The notes below the pieces were generated by a model. The model did not search any database and was not told the DNA's origin. It saw only the letters and a list, made by a program, of their open reading frames with translations. This document shows, in pieces, positions 49,160 to 59,168 of a DNA stretch of 64,000 nt. The first letter of the stretch is position 1. Each line of letters begins with the position of its first letter. The position numbers and the translations under genes are program-made. This stretch comes from an uncultured Patescibacteria group bacterium (lineage in GTDB: Bacteria; Patescibacteriota; Microgenomatia; UBA1400; PJMF01), in NCBI GenBank assembly GCA_905478415.1, contig CAJQIG010000005.1, forward strand, positions 65,598-129,597. Reading direction: 5' to 3'.

Positions 49160-49270
49160 TGTGGATGTGTCATGGAATGAGACTGCCTGGTTCGCTATGG
49201 CAGTGAAATAGTAGCATTCAGTAGATCTGCCATCGCGCAGGATCGAAGCGACGAGCAGTCCCGGCGGAAG
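49160..49270. repeat. degenerate inverted copy of the tRNA-Pro-associated repeat, with hairpin potential
   Basis: Its reverse complement, gctcgtcgc...atagcgaaccaggcagtctcattcc, aligns with the gctcgt...catagcgaacaatagattcagctcatt repeats at 2773 and 3866. Internal imperfect ~15-bp stem (ctgcctggttcgctatggcag / ctgccatcgcgcagg). Confidence 0.4.
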
Positions 49271-49316
49271 GACATTCTGTTTTAGCTCAAACTAAGGATG
49301 GTAGAATATAGCATAT

Positions 49317-50162
49317 ATGCCAGAACTTCCCGAAGTTGAAACCGTTGTTAGAAGATTACAACAGGTTTTACCCGGTAAAACTATCAACTCTCTCACAGTA
49401 CTCAAAGAAAAATCATTTGTAGGCGACCAATTTTTGGTGATGGAAAAAACTATTACTGAGGTTTCGCGTAGAGCAAAGCTTATTCGCATCCACCTTTCTG
49501 ATAGCACTAGTTTATTAGTGCACCTAAAAATGACTGGTCAACTTATTTATGTGGATGACCAGGAACGGCTGGGAGGTGGTCACCCTACTTTAGATTGGGT
49601 CCAAGAGTTACCAAGCAATCACACCCGGGTTTGGTTTGACCTTGGTTCTCATGCTGCTTTGTACTTTAATGATCAAAGAATCTTTGGATGGGTGAAGCAT
49701 ATGGATGAAGAAGCAGTCCAAAGGGAGTATGCCAAGTATGCTCCAGATGTTATTGATGATGTAGTAACACCAGATTATTTTTTTTCTAAACTTCAGCGCA
49801 CAGCAAGACCTATTAAAGTAGCTATTTTAGATTCTAAAATTATGAGTGGTCTTGGAAACATTTATGCCTGCGATGCATTAAACCTGGCCAGCATACATCC
49901 GCTTCGTCCGGGGAAATCACTTTCTTTTGAAGAGGCTGAGAATCTTCTAGATGCTTCAAAGCAGGTCTTGGAGAAAGGTATTGCACTTGGTGGAGCTACG
50001 ATTGAGCATTTTCGTCATGTTGATGGGTTTTCTGGAGATTACCAGAAAGAAGTGCTGGTGTATGGACGTGAAGGTGAGCCTTGTTTTAATTGTGGGTCAG
50101 CTCTCGTGAAAGAAAAAATTGCTGGTCGAGGCACTTATTATTGTTCAGGGTGTCAAAAGTAG
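49317..50162 (+). CDS. mutM: formamidopyrimidine-DNA glycosylase
   Basis: MPELPEVETV N-terminus and a C-terminal zinc finger CFNCGSALVKEKIAGRGTYYCSGCQ. Confidence 0.85.
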   Translation: MPELPEVETVVRRLQQVLPGKTINSLTVLKEKSFVGDQFLVMEKTITEVSRRAKLIRIHLSDSTSLLVHLKMTGQLIYVDDQERLGGGHPTLDWVQELPSNHTRVWFDLGSHAALYFNDQRIFGWVKHMDEEAVQREYAKYAPDVIDDVVTPDYFFSKLQRTARPIKVAILDSKIMSGLGNIYACDALNLASIHPLRPGKSLSFEEAENLLDASKQVLEKGIALGGATIEHFRHVDGFSGDYQKEVLVYGREGEPCFNCGSALVKEKIAGRGTYYCSGCQK

Positions 50163-50401
50163 TCAATCTCATCCTATAAGTCTATATAATTGGGTTATTA
50201 TGATATAATAAGCTACTTTTTGAGTATCTATAACACTCTGTTTGAAAAGTGTGTTCCTTAATAATTCTTGGAGAGAAGCATTTGGCGATGATTGCTGTGG
50301 ATGCCATTGTGTATCTTAGGGCGATCGTCGTTAAAGCTTCTTTCTTTTTTACTATAATTTCAATAACTTCAATCAAGAGTTTTTAACTCGAGGAGAATTA
50401 A

Positions 50402-51421
50402 ATGAATTCTGTATATCAATCTGAAGCTCCCTATGCTTGGTCGTCGCCTTTAGTGGCGGCAGCAACTGGGGTTTTTGCCCCTGATTTTTTATCGAGACAG
50501 CTTGCTTTGCAAGGTGAGGGGGAATTTGCCCCCTATGCAGACTGGCATTTCACAAATAATGAAGGTCAGAAGGCCTTTTTCTCGCCTAGGCATTATCCTC
50601 AAGCATTGGCGCTGGCTCAGCGCCTTCTGGCCGAAGATAAACCGGAGCTGATCGGAATGGCAAGTAATGACGTAGCCATTCTGAACTGGCTTTTCGCTCA
50701 GAACGGTTTTCCGAATATGAAGTTGGACCCGGTTGGACCAGACGGCATGGCTATTGCTACTATCTTGCGGCTGCTTCGTCATTTTCCAGAAGTTGTACAG
50801 AAGGGTTATAGCTTGAATGAGACGATGCCGCATGAGGCATTTCGGTTCCCAAGGGGAACATTTCAAGTCTATAACCTGGATCAGAACCTCCTGATAGAAA
50901 TCGGCTTCCCAAATGGGGACCGATTTTATTTGAGCAATGGTTGGACCTCCTTAGAGGGGCCAGCTCTCTCGAATTTCGTTGTTACTCAGATGAGTAAGAG
51001 GAGCATGGTGCTCCCTTCTCAGGGGTTCAATGGATTGGTTCTACCAAGTGTTAGTTTTGAGATCCCGGTTGATGTCAGCTTTTTCTTAGGTTTAGAAGTG
51101 AGAGATCTGGCCGGCGTCGCTCGATGGGTGACTCAGGCCATTAAACAGGTCAAGTTTAATATGGGGCCGAGAGGCATCATTTTTGAGGCCGCCTTTGGTA
51201 TGGCAGCAGAGATGTGTTTATCAGAAACAAAGTTGCCAGAACCTGGGGACATTGTGTTTGACGAAAAATTTGTTGGCTGGTTTATTTCAGGCACAAACGT
51301 TATCTGTGACAAGTTCCCGACTTGGGTTATTAAAGTACCAGTGGCGGCTTTCTCGATAGAGGATATTGAGATTCCCTCTAAGTTGCCGACCTACGAGGTT
51401 CCAGTCATTGATGAAAAGTAA
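50402..51421 (+). CDS. hypothetical protein, GC-rich compositional outlier
   Basis: 339 aa. GAGGAG RBS. Codon usage is markedly more GC-rich than the flanks. N-terminus NSVYQSEAPYAWSS echoes the surface protein C-terminus. Confidence 0.55.
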   Translation: MNSVYQSEAPYAWSSPLVAAATGVFAPDFLSRQLALQGEGEFAPYADWHFTNNEGQKAFFSPRHYPQALALAQRLLAEDKPELIGMASNDVAILNWLFAQNGFPNMKLDPVGPDGMAIATILRLLRHFPEVVQKGYSLNETMPHEAFRFPRGTFQVYNLDQNLLIEIGFPNGDRFYLSNGWTSLEGPALSNFVVTQMSKRSMVLPSQGFNGLVLPSVSFEIPVDVSFFLGLEVRDLAGVARWVTQAIKQVKFNMGPRGIIFEAAFGMAAEMCLSETKLPEPGDIVFDEKFVGWFISGTNVICDKFPTWVIKVPVAAFSIEDIEIPSKLPTYEVPVIDEK

Positions 51422-51433
51422 TGTAAATTAGAA

Positions 51434-51468
51434 AGAAAGCGCCAGGCAATTTGCCTGGCGCTTTTTCG
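51434..51468. terminator. hairpin terminator, repeat copy 2 (identical core to 25459..25493)
   Basis: gaaagcgccaggcaatttgcctggcgctttttcg. Confidence 0.6.
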
Positions 51469-51483
51469 TGTCAAAAAGTGTTG

Positions 51484-52410
51484 TTATAACTCAGAGAGCA
51501 CCAATTTTACCACAGCTGAGGCATCCAAACCATATTTTTTAAGTAATGCTTTTCCAGGGCCCGATTCTCCAAAACTATCTTGTACACCGATCCGGTGTAG
51601 CGGTGGATGATGTGGTAGTTCAGCCAGAACTTCGGCAACAGCAGAACCTAAGCCGCCAATAACTTGATGTTCTTCCATAGTGATGATGAGATCAGAGTGA
51701 GTGGCATCAAGAATTGCAAAGCGATCAAGTGGTTTAATGGTGTGCATATTGATGACAGCAGTGCTAATGTTATGTTCTTCTAGTGTTTTTGCGGCTTCTA
51801 GAGCTTCGCTCACAAGAGTGCCACAAGCAATAAGCGTAACAGTACTTCCTTGTTTGAGAACTTGGGCTTTTCCAATTTCAAAATCAGAATCTTCGTTTGT
51901 GACTGTCGAAGTTCCATACTTACCAATTCTCAGGTAAGCAGGACCATGATGTTGGACCAGCGCATGGGTTGCTTTTTTTGCCTGAAAATAATCTGCTGGG
52001 ACGATGACGAGCATATTAGGGAGTGACCGCATCAACGCAATGTCTTCAAGTGCTTGATGGGTGGCTCCATCATGGCCAGTAGAAATTCCGGCATGACCGC
52101 CTATCACCTTCACATTTAGTTTTGAGTAGCAAACAGATGCACGGAGTGGTCCCATGGCATTTTGAGGACTAAAAGTAGCATAACTGGCAGCAATAGGAAC
52201 TTTTCCTCTCAGAGCTAATCCAGCAGCAACACCGATCATATTTTCTTCAGCTACTCCCATTTCAAAAAAACGATCTGGAAATGTTTCTGAAAATGCTTGC
52301 ATTCGGGTTGAGTCGGTTAGGTCAGCACAGAGTCCAACAACTTTGTGGTTGTTTTTTCCAATTTCGACCAATGCTTCTCCAAAGCCATCTCGAGTTGTTT
52401 TTTTATTCAT
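51484..52410 (-). CDS. transketolase, C-terminal subunit (split transketolase)
   Basis: Pyrimidine-binding and C-terminal domains. 308 aa. Confidence 0.8.
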   Translation of the reverse strand: MNKKTTRDGFGEALVEIGKNNHKVVGLCADLTDSTRMQAFSETFPDRFFEMGVAEENMIGVAAGLALRGKVPIAASYATFSPQNAMGPLRASVCYSKLNVKVIGGHAGISTGHDGATHQALEDIALMRSLPNMLVIVPADYFQAKKATHALVQHHGPAYLRIGKYGTSTVTNEDSDFEIGKAQVLKQGSTVTLIACGTLVSEALEAAKTLEEHNISTAVINMHTIKPLDRFAILDATHSDLIITMEEHQVIGGLGSAVAEVLAELPHHPPLHRIGVQDSFGESGPGKALLKKYGLDASAVVKLVLSEL

Positions 52411-53248
52411 GTGTTCCTGTCTGTAGTTCTGCGAGTGCTTGCTTCATTTCAGTATCATCAGGAAATTTTCCATGCCAATGGTAATTATTTTCCATAAAAC
52501 TCACTCCTTTACCAGGAGTTGTGTTACAGATGATTGCGGTTGGTTTAGAAGTAGTTTGTTTTGCAGTTGCGCAGGCAGCAATAATTTCTTGATGAGAGTG
52601 TCCATCAACCTCAATGACATTCCAATTAAAAGCCTCTATTTTTTCTTTGAGCGAATCTAGTGGCAGAATAGTCTCAGTGGGACCGCCAATTTGGATATGG
52701 TTTCTATCGATCAAGGCCGTGAGGTTGTTTACAGCATGTGCACCTGCATAGAGGTATGCTTCCCATGTTTGACCTTCTTGGTGTTCGCCATCACTCAAGA
52801 TGCAGTACACACGATTTGGTTGTGAGTCGAGCTTGAGAGAAAGGGCAACACCAAGAGCCTGTGAAAGCCCTTGCCCAAGCGGCCCTGAAGTATTTTCAAT
52901 GCCCGGCAAAGAGTTGAGGTGTGGATGGCCTTGCAATCGTGAGCCAAGTTGCCGGAGGGTTAAGAGTTCTTTTTTGTCAAAATATCCTCGCTCGGCTAGG
53001 GTTGCATACCAGGCTGGACAAATATGTCCTGCAGAAAGGAGCAGATAATCTCGTTCGTTCCAATCGGGTTTTTCTGGATCATGTTTGAGGATTGAAAAGT
53101 AAAGGCTAGTAAAAACATCTGCCATACCCATAGCTCCAGCGGCATGTCCATTTAACGCTTCATGCAACATAGTGATAATAGAAATTCTCACAGCTTTAGA
53201 AAGTGAGACAAGTTTTTCTGTAGGTATTTGAGATTGGGCAGTGTTCAT
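52403..53248 (-). CDS. transketolase, N-terminal (TPP-binding) subunit
   Basis: GHAAGAMGMADV...SAGH TPP motif. Overlaps the downstream subunit gene by 8 nt. Confidence 0.8.
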   Translation of the reverse strand: MNTAQSQIPTEKLVSLSKAVRISIITMLHEALNGHAAGAMGMADVFTSLYFSILKHDPEKPDWNERDYLLLSAGHICPAWYATLAERGYFDKKELLTLRQLGSRLQGHPHLNSLPGIENTSGPLGQGLSQALGVALSLKLDSQPNRVYCILSDGEHQEGQTWEAYLYAGAHAVNNLTALIDRNHIQIGGPTETILPLDSLKEKIEAFNWNVIEVDGHSHQEIIAACATAKQTTSKPTAIICNTTPGKGVSFMENNYHWHGKFPDDTEMKQALAELQTGTHE

Positions 53249-53339
53249 AGATATGTATCCACTAGTGTACTGGCTGAGTAACTAGATTGTCAAAATGGAG
53301 AAATAAAGGGTTGGATAGTAGTGATGTTAGAATAGCAGC

Positions 53340-54071
53340 ATGATCATAAGTCATACCTACAAAACCATCTTGCAAGAAAAGGCCGGAGTACTTGTCGTTG
53401 ATAAACCAACAGGCGTTTCCAGTCACACGCTAGTTAATTGGGCCAGAAAGGCATTCTCAGTGAGAAAGATTGGTCATACCGGCACACTTGATCCTTTAGC
53501 TTCTGGACTACTAGTGTTGCTGGTTGGGAGAGAGTATACGAAACAACAAGAACGCTTTCTGAAACTTGATAAAGGATATACAGTGACTGGCAAATTGGGA
53601 GTAGAAACAGATACCTACGATAGTGCTGGCCGTATTGTTACACAATCAAATTGGGAGGTTGTCCAAGAACTTGCTGATGAGGATATTATTGAAGCTGTTA
53701 TGAGTTTTCAAGGAGAGATAGAACAAACGGTGCCCGCTTTTTCAGCAGTAAAAAGGGGTGGTAAAAAGCTATATGAACTTGCTTTGACAGGCGAAATAGA
53801 GAAAGTTTCATTGCCAACTAGAACTGTTCAAATTCTGTCAATTTCAGACGTTTCAGTAACAAGAGATAGTAAAAATGAAGAATTATTTTTTACCTGTACC
53901 GTATTTTGTAGTTCTGGAACCTATATTCGTTCTCTGATTCATGACATTGGAGCTGTTTTAGAAGTTGGGGCACATGTAACGCAACTTCGCAGAATCCAGA
54001 TTGGTGACTGCCCAATCCAGCAAGCCAAACTCTGCCCATTTTTACCCAGGCGTTTTTTCTTTACGAACTAA
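53340..54071 (+). CDS. truB: tRNA pseudouridine(55) synthase TruB
   Basis: VVDKPTGVSSHTLVNWARK...GHTGTLDPLASGLLVL catalytic motif. Confidence 0.8.
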   Translation: MIISHTYKTILQEKAGVLVVDKPTGVSSHTLVNWARKAFSVRKIGHTGTLDPLASGLLVLLVGREYTKQQERFLKLDKGYTVTGKLGVETDTYDSAGRIVTQSNWEVVQELADEDIIEAVMSFQGEIEQTVPAFSAVKRGGKKLYELALTGEIEKVSLPTRTVQILSISDVSVTRDSKNEELFFTCTVFCSSGTYIRSLIHDIGAVLEVGAHVTQLRRIQIGDCPIQQAKLCPFLPRRFFFTN

Positions 54072-54165
54072 TTTTTTTTACTATTTTCCCCTTGAAATAT
54101 AGTGCCAAAACAGACTACACTGAAAGGAAGGCTATATATATGGTCTCTGTTTTAGTGCAACACTT

Positions 54166-55404
54166 ATGAAAAATAAAAATGTATTTATGGTTGGTTGGGA
54201 GTATCCACCTCACAATAGTGGGGGTTTGGGTGTAGCTTGCCAAGGGTTGACTGAAGCTTTGGCTGATAATACAGCTATTACCTTTGCGTTGCCGTATCAC
54301 TATCTTGAAGGTGTGAACCACATGAATATTGTGTCATGTGTTGATCCTACTTGGGAAAAAACTGGCAAAAAAATCTTGTATCCCCCCTTCTCTACCTATA
54401 GCTCTGCTGGTGTTGTTACAGAAGTGAGTTTGAATAAGACAATTTCTCCAGAAAAGTTGCGGAACCTCCCCACTTCACAACTTGAACAAAAAGTTCAAGA
54501 GTATGCGCACGTAGTTGCTAGTCGATCAAAATCAGTAGGTTATCAAACGGATGTTATTCATGCTCACGATTGGATGTCATTCCCAGCTGCACAGCAGCTG
54601 CAAAAGAAAATTCATAAGCCATTTGTGGCTCATGTACATAGTACAGAGTATGATCGTGCAGGTTTAGCTCAAGGTAATAGGTTTATTTCTGAAACAGAGT
54701 ACGAGGGTGTGATGGCTGCGAATCGAGTGATTGCAGTGAGTTACTACACAAAAAGTATTTTAGTGAATAAATATGGCGTTGATGCTAACAAAATCGATGT
54801 GGTTCATAATGGTATTTTGCCACTCAAAAAACCCGCTGACCCAGGTTCTCATCATTTTGCTAACAAACGTCCAGTTATCGCCTTTATGGGTAGATTAACA
54901 CTTCATAAAGGTGTGCAATACTTTATTCAGTTGGCTGAGTCTGTGTTAAAACAAATTCCAGAAGCTTTGTTTATTGTTGCTGGCTCAGGTGATATGTACC
55001 ACGAGTTACTTTTGACTACGGCACAACGACAACTTTCGGCTTCGGTGCTTTTTAGTGGCTTTGTAAGAAGTGCCCAGCGAGACATGTTGTTGGATAGAGC
55101 TGATGTGTTTGTGATGCCATCTATCTCTGAGCCTTTTGGACTTGTCGCTCTAGAAGCTGCTCAGCGACATACTCCAGTCATTACTTCAAAAAATGCTGGG
55201 GTGAGTGAAGTTATGACGGGAGCGATCGCTCTTGATTTTTGGGATCTTGATCGGATGACTACCAGTATTATTGAACTACTACAAAATTCTGATAAAAAAG
55301 CTCAAGTTATTTCTTCTCAACTCTCTGACCTTGATAACTTGACTTGGACTCACGCAGCTACCAAAGTTAGAGATTCGTATATGCGAGCTATCTTAGGAAA
55401 GTAG
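54166..55404 (+). CDS. glycosyltransferase, glycogen-synthase-like (GT5/GT4)
   Basis: N-terminal GGLGVA motif and C-terminal EPFGLVALEA motif. Confidence 0.65.
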   Translation: MKNKNVFMVGWEYPPHNSGGLGVACQGLTEALADNTAITFALPYHYLEGVNHMNIVSCVDPTWEKTGKKILYPPFSTYSSAGVVTEVSLNKTISPEKLRNLPTSQLEQKVQEYAHVVASRSKSVGYQTDVIHAHDWMSFPAAQQLQKKIHKPFVAHVHSTEYDRAGLAQGNRFISETEYEGVMAANRVIAVSYYTKSILVNKYGVDANKIDVVHNGILPLKKPADPGSHHFANKRPVIAFMGRLTLHKGVQYFIQLAESVLKQIPEALFIVAGSGDMYHELLLTTAQRQLSASVLFSGFVRSAQRDMLLDRADVFVMPSISEPFGLVALEAAQRHTPVITSKNAGVSEVMTGAIALDFWDLDRMTTSIIELLQNSDKKAQVISSQLSDLDNLTWTHAATKVRDSYMRAILGK

Positions 55405-55410
55405 TCGCTC

Positions 55411-56637
55411 ATGCCTAAAGTTTGTTTTTATTTTCAACTACACCAACCATTTCGTTTAACAGATGCTACGGTTTTTGATGTCGGTACTAAAGACTTTGGA
55501 TATTTTTCTAAGTCTCAATCTCAAGATGACAACAAAGACATTTTTATAAAAGTTGCTGATAAATCATATCGCCCGATGTTGCGTTTACTGCTTAAGTTAG
55601 TTAAGAAGTACCCAGAGTTTTCTTTTACGATGTCACTATCTGGAATTTTCTTAGAGCAAGTCGAAGCGTATGCTCCCGATTTATTGGAAATACTGCAACA
55701 ATTAGCTAAAACCAAACAGGTTGAAATTTTAGCTGAAACATACTATCACTCATTGGCAAGTTTGTACTCAGAGACAGAGTTTAGAGAGCAAGTCGAACTG
55801 CACGAAAATAAAGTTTTTGAGCTTCTTAAAGTTCGCCCTAGTGCTTTTAGAAATACTGAGTTGATTTATAGTAACAAAATTGCTCAGATGGTAGAAGATA
55901 TGGGCTATGTTGGGATGTTAACTGAAGGAGTTGATCGATATCTTTGGGGGCGCAAACGAACCGTACCATATGTGGCTCAGACAAAAGACAAGATGCCAGT
56001 TCTACTTAAGCACGCGCAACTTTCAGACGATGTTGCGTTTCGTTTTTCAGAGAAATCTTGGGCTGCTTGGCCATTAACCGTTACCCAATATCTTGAGTGG
56101 ATCCAGATATATCCGGAAGATGAATATGTGAATTTGTTCATGGATTTTGAAACGTTTGGTGAACATCAGTGGGAAGATACGGGGATTTTTACTTTTTTTG
56201 AGGCATTTGTTGGGGAATTTTTGAAAAAAAAGTGGAACTCATTTGTGACACCGACTGAAGTATTCACTCCAGTATGTGATCGAAAAATTAGAAAACATTG
56301 TTTAGATAAAGATCACCTTGATACCTATGATGTGGTAGAACCTATTTCTTGGGCAGATGTAGATAGAGATATCACTGCTTGGAGAGATAACGAATATCAA
56401 CAAGATACATTGAGAATTATGTATGGTCTCGAAACAGTAGTTAAAAGTCAACCAGATTCTCAACTACTGGATGATTGGCGAAGGTTACAAACAAGTGACC
56501 ATTTTTACTACATGTGTACCAAGTGGGCTGCAGATGGGGATGTGCATGCTTACTTTAGTCCTTACAGTGATCCACACGAAGCGTACCGACGATTTACTAT
56601 TATGTTGGCAGATTTGCAGGAGCGATTATTACCATAA
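55411..56637 (+). CDS. glycoside hydrolase family 57 protein
   Basis: N-terminal FYFQLHQPFR (GH57-like HQP motif). 408 aa. Confidence 0.55.
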   Translation: MPKVCFYFQLHQPFRLTDATVFDVGTKDFGYFSKSQSQDDNKDIFIKVADKSYRPMLRLLLKLVKKYPEFSFTMSLSGIFLEQVEAYAPDLLEILQQLAKTKQVEILAETYYHSLASLYSETEFREQVELHENKVFELLKVRPSAFRNTELIYSNKIAQMVEDMGYVGMLTEGVDRYLWGRKRTVPYVAQTKDKMPVLLKHAQLSDDVAFRFSEKSWAAWPLTVTQYLEWIQIYPEDEYVNLFMDFETFGEHQWEDTGIFTFFEAFVGEFLKKKWNSFVTPTEVFTPVCDRKIRKHCLDKDHLDTYDVVEPISWADVDRDITAWRDNEYQQDTLRIMYGLETVVKSQPDSQLLDDWRRLQTSDHFYYMCTKWAADGDVHAYFSPYSDPHEAYRRFTIMLADLQERLLP

Positions 56638-56702
56638 CTTTTTAAGCAGATACAAAAAAAGCGCCGACTAAAGAGCCGGCGCAGTAACCGTTGGAGTTCT
56701 AT

Positions 56703-56969
56703 TTAAATAAAATGTTTTCCTTCTGTTTTTGTTACCAATCTCCACAAATTTATTGCAAAATATACAGTGGTGACTATGGCAATACTGAGTACCAACAAAG
56801 TTGGTAGTTTCCAGATATATGTTGAAAGCAATAAAACAAACATGACAAATTGCAACAAGGGATGATCAAACCAATTCTTATATTCAAAAATAAAGTGCAA
56901 AATCAGGGAGATGCTTCCTATACCTGTTATAAGCAGGATCCATATGTTTAAGATTTCTAAAAAACCCAT
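56703..56969 (-). CDS. hypothetical small membrane protein
   Basis: 88 aa, 3 hydrophobic helices. A gcgccgactaaagagccggcgc hairpin lies downstream. Confidence 0.35.
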   Translation of the reverse strand: MGFLEILNIWILLITGIGSISLILHFIFEYKNWFDHPLLQFVMFVLLLSTYIWKLPTLLVLSIAIVTTVYFAINLWRLVTKTEGKHFI

Positions 56970-57104
56970 TTTTACTTAAACCTCCATGTTAAGTAGCAAT
57001 GATTTTAGTACTCGCTATAGTGAATACTAAATCATCAAACTGATACGATTAATTTCAGAGTATCTCATATTCATACTTATTTTGCAAAGAATAGGTTTGA
57101 TCTC

Positions 57105-59150
57105 TTGTTCTTTCAGGCAGAAAACTGCTATAGTGAGCGTATGCCACGAGCTTTGACACTAGGAAACGGCCAGATGTTAGTTTGCCTGGACAAATTTGGA
57201 TTTGTTCGTGATTTTTATTACCCCTACGTCGGTCTTGAAAACCATGTGGCAGGGAACAAGCATCGTATCGGAATTTCAGTAAATGGTGTTTTTTCTTGGC
57301 TCAATGACGGTTCTTGGAATATCTCACTCGGATATAAACCTGAAGCTATGGTTGGGTATTTGGTCTGTAAGAATGAAGGTCTCAATATCACTGTCGTGAT
57401 GGAAGATTTGGTGTATAACGAGAAGGATGTTTTTGTTCGCCAAGTAGACATTTATAACCATTCTGGAGAATTCATTGACATTAAGATGTTCTTTCACCAA
57501 GTGTTTCACATTTCTGAATCAAAGAAACGAAACACTGCATTTTACGATCCCACTCACAATGCGGTAGTTCATTACAAAGGTAAACGGGTATTTATAGTCA
57601 ATGGCCAGACAGAATCTGGAACAGGTATTGATGATTACACCGTTGGAGCCTACCAGTTTGAAGGTAAAGAAGGTTCTTTTAGAGATGCCGAAGACGGAGA
57701 GTTGAGTAAGAATGCAGTTGAACATGGTTCGGTAGACTCAGTCGTTCGCTTCTGTGCTTCTTGTGAACATAAAGCTAAAACCAGGATTTACTACTGGATT
57801 GCAGCAGGCAAATCATTAGATGAAGCGTACGAGCTCAATGATTTGGTATTGAATAAACCGGCAAAAGCTATACTTCATTCTACTGAGAGTTTTTGGAATG
57901 CTTGGATTAGAACCAGAGATTTTCAGACGACAGATCTTCCTCCTGAACAAAAAAAACTCTTTGATACTTCTCTTTTTATTTTAAGAAGTCACACTGATAA
58001 TCGCGGCAGTATCATTGCTAGTGGAGATAGTGCAATGATCGAGTATGGCAAGGACGATTATAGCTATATGTGGCCTCGTGATGCCGCTTTTATTGCAACC
58101 ACACTTGATAAAGCTGGGTTTCATGAGGTTACTAAAAACTTTTTTCTTTTTTGTAAAGATGTGTTACATCCAGATGGCTATTTACATCACCGATATCGAA
58201 GTGATGAGAGTTTGGGATCGACATGGCACTCTGCCACATCTCAGGGAGAGTGGCTCAAAGATAAAATCTTGCAGCTTCCGATTCAGGAAGATGAAACAGC
58301 TGGAGTGCTTTTTGCACTTTGGAATCACTATGAACAGTCGAAGGATTTAGAGTTTGTAGAGTTACTGTATAAACCGCTGATTGAAAAAATGGCTCGTTTT
58401 CTCATGAACTTTAGAGATAAAGATACTGGCCTTCCATTGGCTTCATACGACCTTTGGGAAGAAAAGATTGGTGTTTCAACGTACACTTGCGCAGCTACCT
58501 ATGGTGGATTAATGGCTGCTGCCAAGTTTTCAGAGTTACTCGATAAACGAAATCATATGAGAGAGTATAAACAAGCAGCAAGGGAAATTAAAGAAGCGAC
58601 TGTTACTCACTTATTTTCTGAGAGACTTCAGGGGTTTGTACGAATTGGATACTATCGTCAGGAAGGTTTTGTGCGTGATGAAATTATTGATGCCAGTTCT
58701 CTCTTTGGACTTTGGTACTTTGGTATGTTCTCGCAAGATAACCCTCTTTTTGAAAAGACCTATCAGCAGGTTAAAGAGCGACTGTGGAATAAGACAGAGG
58801 TCGGTGGATTTATTCGGTATGAACAAGATAACTACTTTAAATCAACTAATACTTCAAACCCATGGTTTATTACTACACTGTGGGAAGCTCAGATGAAGTT
58901 GGCAAAAAAAGTAGTGACTCAAGAGGATCTCCAGTTTGCTGAAAAAACATTCCAATGGGTTGTCGACCATAGGTATAACTCTGGGGTATTGGGAGAACAA
59001 CTAAATCCGTATACGGGTGAGTCCCTTTCTGCTACTCCCCTAGTTTGGAGTCATGCAGTCTATGTTGAAACAATGCTATTGTATTTACAAAAAAAGCAAG
59101 AAGTGGAGCTTGAAAAACAAACTGTATCGCAAGCAACACATACATTGTAG
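57105..59150 (+). CDS. glycoside hydrolase family 15 (glucoamylase/glucodextranase-like)
   Basis: YMWPRDAAF and an (alpha/alpha)6 barrel-like C-terminal half. 681 aa. Confidence 0.65.
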   Translation: MFFQAENCYSERMPRALTLGNGQMLVCLDKFGFVRDFYYPYVGLENHVAGNKHRIGISVNGVFSWLNDGSWNISLGYKPEAMVGYLVCKNEGLNITVVMEDLVYNEKDVFVRQVDIYNHSGEFIDIKMFFHQVFHISESKKRNTAFYDPTHNAVVHYKGKRVFIVNGQTESGTGIDDYTVGAYQFEGKEGSFRDAEDGELSKNAVEHGSVDSVVRFCASCEHKAKTRIYYWIAAGKSLDEAYELNDLVLNKPAKAILHSTESFWNAWIRTRDFQTTDLPPEQKKLFDTSLFILRSHTDNRGSIIASGDSAMIEYGKDDYSYMWPRDAAFIATTLDKAGFHEVTKNFFLFCKDVLHPDGYLHHRYRSDESLGSTWHSATSQGEWLKDKILQLPIQEDETAGVLFALWNHYEQSKDLEFVELLYKPLIEKMARFLMNFRDKDTGLPLASYDLWEEKIGVSTYTCAATYGGLMAAAKFSELLDKRNHMREYKQAAREIKEATVTHLFSERLQGFVRIGYYRQEGFVRDEIIDASSLFGLWYFGMFSQDNPLFEKTYQQVKERLWNKTEVGGFIRYEQDNYFKSTNTSNPWFITTLWEAQMKLAKKVVTQEDLQFAEKTFQWVVDHRYNSGVLGEQLNPYTGESLSATPLVWSHAVYVETMLLYLQKKQEVELEKQTVSQATHTL

Positions 59151-59168
59151 ATTAGAAGCGAGATATCT

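Noticed and set aside
49150-49300. Considered whether this spacer encodes SRP (4.5S) RNA or another housekeeping ncRNA because of AGCAG and GGAAGGA-like stretches
   Set aside because: The match to the domain IV consensus (GUCAGGUCCGGAAGGAAGCAGC) is poor. The region is better explained as a degenerate copy of the tRNA-associated repeat.
51484-53248. Transketolase encoded as two ORFs: could it be a frameshifted pseudogene?
   Set aside because: Split N- and C-terminal transketolase subunits with a short overlap are a known native arrangement in many archaea and bacteria. Both halves are intact with their motifs.
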